Made by a program: the position numbers and the translations under genes. Of a DNA stretch of 64,000 bases, positions 59,942 to 64,000 are shown piece after piece. Within the stretch, counting starts at the first letter, position 1; each line of letters begins with the position of its first letter. The notes below the pieces were generated by a model. It was given only the letters and a program-made list of their open reading frames with translations. It was not told where the DNA came from and ran no database searches. The stretch is taken from the NCBI GenBank assembly GCA_947449315.1, contig CANFRC010000012.1:5842-69841 (forward strand), in the 5' to 3' direction. The DNA comes from Bacteroidota bacterium. GTDB taxonomy: Bacteria; Bacteroidota; Bacteroidia; 2-12-FULL-35-15.

Positions 59942-59967
59942 ATTTTAAGGTGAAATTTGGAGCGTCA

Positions 59968-62019
59968 TTACCAGATTTTTACTCTGATATTATCTGCACG
60001 ATACATGTTGTCTCCTGGTTTAATGTCAAATGCTTTATAGAATTCAGGAATATCTGAAAGTGGACCATTCACTCTGAAAGGTGCAGGTGCGTGTTCATTA
60101 CTCATCACTTGTTTTGCCAAAGAGGCGTCTGTCGTATTCACCATCCATGCATAGGCGTATGCTAGGAAATACCGCTGGTCAGGTGTGTAGCCTCCAATCT
60201 TTTCATCTGATTGACCTTGCTTGGTTTTTTTGAATGCTTCATATCCCATAATTACTCCGCCAAGATCTGCGATGTTTTCTCCTTGCGTATTTGCACCTTT
60301 TATATGAAGGCTATCCAACACTACGTAATTGTTGAATTGATCAACGATTAGTTTTGTTTTTGAAACAAATTTTTCTCTGTCTTCTTTAGTCCACCAGTCC
60401 TTTAAGTTTCCGTTTTCATCATATAAACTACCCTGGTCATCAAAACCATGTGTAATTTCATGACCAAACGTTGAGCCACCAATAATTCCATATAAAATGG
60501 CATCGTCTGGCATTCGGCCTTCAAATCCGGGAACTATGATATTGCAGGCGGGAACAACTATTTCGTTGCTTGCCGGATTGTAATAAGCATTATATGTTTG
60601 TGGATACATATCCCATTCAGTTGGATCAACAGGGTTTCCATATTTACTTAGCATATAATTATATTCCCATTTTCCAACGTTAATAACATTCTGTAAATAA
60701 TTGGAACGGCTGATCTCAATGCTCGATAAGTCTTTCCATTTATCAGGATAACCCACCTTCATTACAATTTTATTTAGCTTGCTTAATGCTTTTTGTTTGG
60801 TGACATCGCTCATCCAATCCAAAGTTTTTATATGTCCGGCATACACTTCACGAATATTGTTTCCAATTTCCAAAAGTTTTTCTTTTGTGCCTTTAGGTAA
60901 ATATTCATCAACATATACTTGTCCAATCAATTCCCCTAAGGAGCCATCTGTGTTTTCTACAATTTTTTTCCAACGAGGTTTTTGCTCTTTAACGCCATCT
61001 AATATTGTTGAATAAAAATGGAAATGTTCGTATTCCATTTTTTTGTTTGCATAGTTTGCATAACGATTTACCAGTGTCCATTTTAAATAAGCTTTCCAAT
61101 CAGTAAGGTTGGTCTTTTTTAAATTGGTTTCTAATGCGGAAATTACTTCCGGTTGTCCTACAACAATTGAGTCAATGTTTTTTAATCCGAAGTTCAATAA
61201 TGTTTGATTCCAATTAATAGAAGGCGTAAGTTTGCCCACTTGTTCGACAGACATTTTGTTGTAATTCTTATAAGGGTCGCGCAAATCTTCCATTTTTCTG
61301 TTAGTCTTTGCTATGGTCGTTTCCAGCTTCATGATCGATTTGCTGTTTTCCTCTGCGGTCTTTTCATCAGCCCCCATTAACTGAAAAATATTTTTAATGT
61401 GTTTTACATATTCATTTCTGATATTCGTTGTGCGGGCGTCTGTGTTGAAATAATAGTCGCGTTCAGGAAGTCCCAAACGATTCTGGCCAAGATATACAAT
61501 GTATTTTGCACTGTTTTTATCATCTCTGGTTACCCCAAACCCGAACATACAGGGTACGTCAATCGAATATAAATGTGTAACAGCATTTGTTAGTTCCGGA
61601 ATTGATTTTACGGCATTAATTTTATTTAACTCTTCGGCTAATGCGGATATACCATTTTTTTCAATGCTTACAGTGTCCATTCCGCTAAAATAAAAGTCTC
61701 CTATTTTTTGTTTGTTACTTCCTTTAGGAGCTTTATCATCATTAGCCGAATTTTCACATATTTTTTTTATTGACTCATTGATGGTATCCTGAATGGTTCT
61801 GAAGATACCATTGCTTTTTTCAGACGAAGGGATTGGGTGTTGTTTAAACCAATTGTTATTGGCGAAAAGAAAAAAATCTTTACCAGGTGAAATGGATGTA
61901 TCGATATGTTCAGAAATAGGATCTTTTATATTTGTTTCTGATTCTGACTTATTTTCAGGAGTGTTGCAAGTATAAAATGTGAAGGCTGTTAATACGGATA
62001 ATAGAATTTTTTTTTTCAT
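59968..62019 (-). CDS. M13 (neprilysin/PepO) metalloendopeptidase, probable lipoprotein
   Basis: NAYY, GHEITHGFDDQG (HExxH), GENIADLGG; Cys at the end of the signal peptide. Confidence 0.95.
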   Translation of the reverse strand: MKKKILLSVLTAFTFYTCNTPENKSESETNIKDPISEHIDTSISPGKDFFLFANNNWFKQHPIPSSEKSNGIFRTIQDTINESIKKICENSANDDKAPKGSNKQKIGDFYFSGMDTVSIEKNGISALAEELNKINAVKSIPELTNAVTHLYSIDVPCMFGFGVTRDDKNSAKYIVYLGQNRLGLPERDYYFNTDARTTNIRNEYVKHIKNIFQLMGADEKTAEENSKSIMKLETTIAKTNRKMEDLRDPYKNYNKMSVEQVGKLTPSINWNQTLLNFGLKNIDSIVVGQPEVISALETNLKKTNLTDWKAYLKWTLVNRYANYANKKMEYEHFHFYSTILDGVKEQKPRWKKIVENTDGSLGELIGQVYVDEYLPKGTKEKLLEIGNNIREVYAGHIKTLDWMSDVTKQKALSKLNKIVMKVGYPDKWKDLSSIEISRSNYLQNVINVGKWEYNYMLSKYGNPVDPTEWDMYPQTYNAYYNPASNEIVVPACNIIVPGFEGRMPDDAILYGIIGGSTFGHEITHGFDDQGSLYDENGNLKDWWTKEDREKFVSKTKLIVDQFNNYVVLDSLHIKGANTQGENIADLGGVIMGYEAFKKTKQGQSDEKIGGYTPDQRYFLAYAYAWMVNTTDASLAKQVMSNEHAPAPFRVNGPLSDIPEFYKAFDIKPGDNMYRADNIRVKIW

Positions 62020-62067
62020 TGTTTTTAGATTTAGTACTGTTATTCAAAATAACATGAGCATTATAAT

Positions 62068-62976
62068 TTATTTTGTTAAATATTTAAATACATCTTCTAA
62101 GCGTTGTTCTTCTTTGTGAAGAGTAAGTACTGCTAATCCATTTTTTACAGCAAATTGAAAAATTTCAGGACGGATGTCTTTATCGGTATGCGCCTCAATT
62201 TGCCAGCTATTGTCTTTTATATTTATCGCATCAAACACCCCTTCGATATTCTTAATGGAGTTTTTTGTTGTGGCTTTATCAAATTCAACAGAGATGAATT
62301 GTTTGTTAAAGTTTTGTGAATTTTGAAGTACAGATGTGATATCGTTGGCAACAATTTGCCCGTTATTAATAATAATCACTCTGTCGCAAACAGCTTCCAC
62401 TTCCTGCATAATATGAGTAGAAAGCATTACTGTTTTCTGTTTTCCAACTTGAATGATTAGATTACGAATTTCCTCTAATTGATTAGGGTCCAGTCCGGTT
62501 GTGGGTTCATCTAAGATTAATACTTTAGGGTCGTGAATAAGTGCTTGGGCGAGTCCCACACGTTGGCGATATCCTTTAGAAAGAGCACCAATTTTCTTTT
62601 TTTGTTCCACTTGCAAACCGGTCATCTCAATCATTTCGCTTATGCGCGATTTTACATTTTTCAAATGATGAAGTCCGGAGATGAATTCCAGGTATTCCTT
62701 TACATACATGTCCAGATACAATGGGTTGTGTTCAGGCAGATACCCCACATTTTTTCTAACTTCTAAACTTTCTTCAGAAATGTCGAAGCCACAAACAGAA
62801 GCTGTTCCGGATGTTTGCGGAATAAAACATGTCAAGATTTTCATCATCGTTGATTTTCCTGCCCCGTTAGGCCCAAGAAAACCAGCTATTTCACCCGTAT
62901 TCACTTCAAATGAAATATCCTTCAGTGCATTTTGTTCACCGTATGTTTTAGATATATTATTAACTTTAATAGACAT
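62068..62976 (-). CDS. gldA: Gliding motility ABC transporter ATP-binding subunit GldA
   Basis: GPNGAGKST, GYLPEHNPLYLDMYV, LSKGYRQRVGLAQA, DEPTTGLDPNQ. Confidence 0.88.
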   Translation of the reverse strand: MSIKVNNISKTYGEQNALKDISFEVNTGEIAGFLGPNGAGKSTMMKILTCFIPQTSGTASVCGFDISEESLEVRKNVGYLPEHNPLYLDMYVKEYLEFISGLHHLKNVKSRISEMIEMTGLQVEQKKKIGALSKGYRQRVGLAQALIHDPKVLILDEPTTGLDPNQLEEIRNLIIQVGKQKTVMLSTHIMQEVEAVCDRVIIINNGQIVANDITSVLQNSQNFNKQFISVEFDKATTKNSIKNIEGVFDAINIKDNSWQIEAHTDKDIRPEIFQFAVKNGLAVLTLHKEEQRLEDVFKYLTK

Positions 62977-63098
62977 TGTGACTGGGATTAAGCTGTATTC
63001 AAATTTGTAAATTTGTATTCAATTGTAATTTGTACCTACAAAGCTAATTCTTTTTGATAAATTTGATGCTCAAAAAATGTTAAACGGTAAAATATAAA

Positions 63099-64000
63099 AT
63101 GCAAGGTGTAGTCATAAAATCGACGGGTAGCTGGTATACTGTTTTAACAGATGCGCAAACTATTATTGAATGTCGGATTAAAGGAGTTTTTCGCATCAAG
63201 GGAATAACAACTACAAATCCGATTGCTGTTGGTGACAATGTGAAATTTGAAATGGAAAACGATGGGAGAGGAGTTATCCATGAAATCGCGGACCGTAAAA
63301 ATTACATCATCAGAAAGTCGATAAACCTTTCCAAACAATCTCATATTCTTGCCGCAAATGTTGATCAGGCTTTTTTAATTGTAACCCTCGCTTTTCCTAG
63401 AACATCGGCTGGTTTTATTGATCGTTTTTTATTAACGGCAGAGGCGTATCATATTCCTACAAAAATAATTTTTAACAAGGTTGACCTGTTTGAAGGGGAC
63501 TCTTTGTTAATGCAGGAATTGGATGAATTTATCGCAATTTACGAAAGGGTCGGTTACACATGTTTTAAGGTATCTGCCACTAAAGAAACAGATATTGAAA
63601 TGCTGAAAGAGCTATCGAAAAATCAAATTACATTAATATCAGGGCATTCTGGTGTAGGAAAATCCACCTTGGTGAATGCAATGGATGCCAACCTGAATTT
63701 GAAAGTAGGAGAAATATCCGATGCGCATAGCAAAGGAAAGCATACTACCACTTTTGCAGAAATGCATCCGTTAAGTTATGGTGGATTTATTATTGATACT
63801 CCAGGAATAAAAGAATTGGGATTAGTGGATATGGAGAAGGATGAGATCTCTGGCTATTTCCCGGAAATGTATGTTTTGAAAAATCAATGCAAGTTTAATA
63901 ATTGTATTCATCTGAACGAGCCCAAATGTGCGGTAATAGAGGCTGTTGAAAAAGGTGAGATTGCCCCTTCTCGATACGCAAGTTATTTAGGAATTATGAA
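63099..64000 (+). CDS. rsgA: Ribosome small subunit-dependent GTPase RsgA (truncated by the window end)
   Basis: Not in the ORF track; translated by hand: MQGVVIKSTGSWY, AANVDQ, FNKVD, GHSGVGKST, KGKHTTT, IDTPG, CKFNNCIHLNEPKC zinc site. Confidence 0.95.
   Translation, partial: MQGVVIKSTGSWYTVLTDAQTIIECRIKGVFRIKGITTTNPIAVGDNVKFEMENDGRGVIHEIADRKNYIIRKSINLSKQSHILAANVDQAFLIVTLAFPRTSAGFIDRFLLTAEAYHIPTKIIFNKVDLFEGDSLLMQELDEFIAIYERVGYTCFKVSATKETDIEMLKELSKNQITLISGHSGVGKSTLVNAMDANLNLKVGEISDAHSKGKHTTTFAEMHPLSYGGFIIDTPGIKELGLVDMEKDEISGYFPEMYVLKNQCKFNNCIHLNEPKCAVIEAVEKGEIAPSRYASYLGIM

Noticed and set aside
59776-59967. Possible SAM riboswitch upstream of metK
   Set aside because: No SAM-I or SAM-II consensus visible; the region holds the upstream terminator and a short AT-rich leader. 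A covariance-model scan would be decisive.
63144-63344. 66-aa minus-strand ORF
   Set aside because: Antisense to rsgA

Overview
AT-rich chromosomal segment of a Bacteroidota bacterium, judged from TAnnTTTG promoters, T9SS/gliding genes and gene order. It is mostly core genome: tilS, a pabB-like gene, the dcw cluster (mraZ to ftsZ), yqeY, the miaB-sigma54 activator-lptE-secG-groES-groEL block, topA, porP-gldKLMN, an ABC-F gene, era, initiator tRNA, der, metK, an M13 peptidase, gldA and rsgA. I saw no mobile elements, CRISPR arrays or rRNA. Three things stand out. (1) A tightly linked cassette at 52380-54872 (Rpe-CBS fusion, deviant type I-beta DAHP-synthase-like aldolase, KdsC-like phosphatase) copies the logic of Kdo synthesis with different enzymes and may make a non-canonical 3-deoxy-ulosonic acid. 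(2) A five-heme c-type cytochrome carries a T9SS sorting domain and lies between an FG-GAP/ASPIC-UnbV surface protein and DsbD. (3) A stand-alone, diverged copy of the MurD C-terminal domain sits between murD and ftsW. All calls come from reading motifs by eye; no searches were run.
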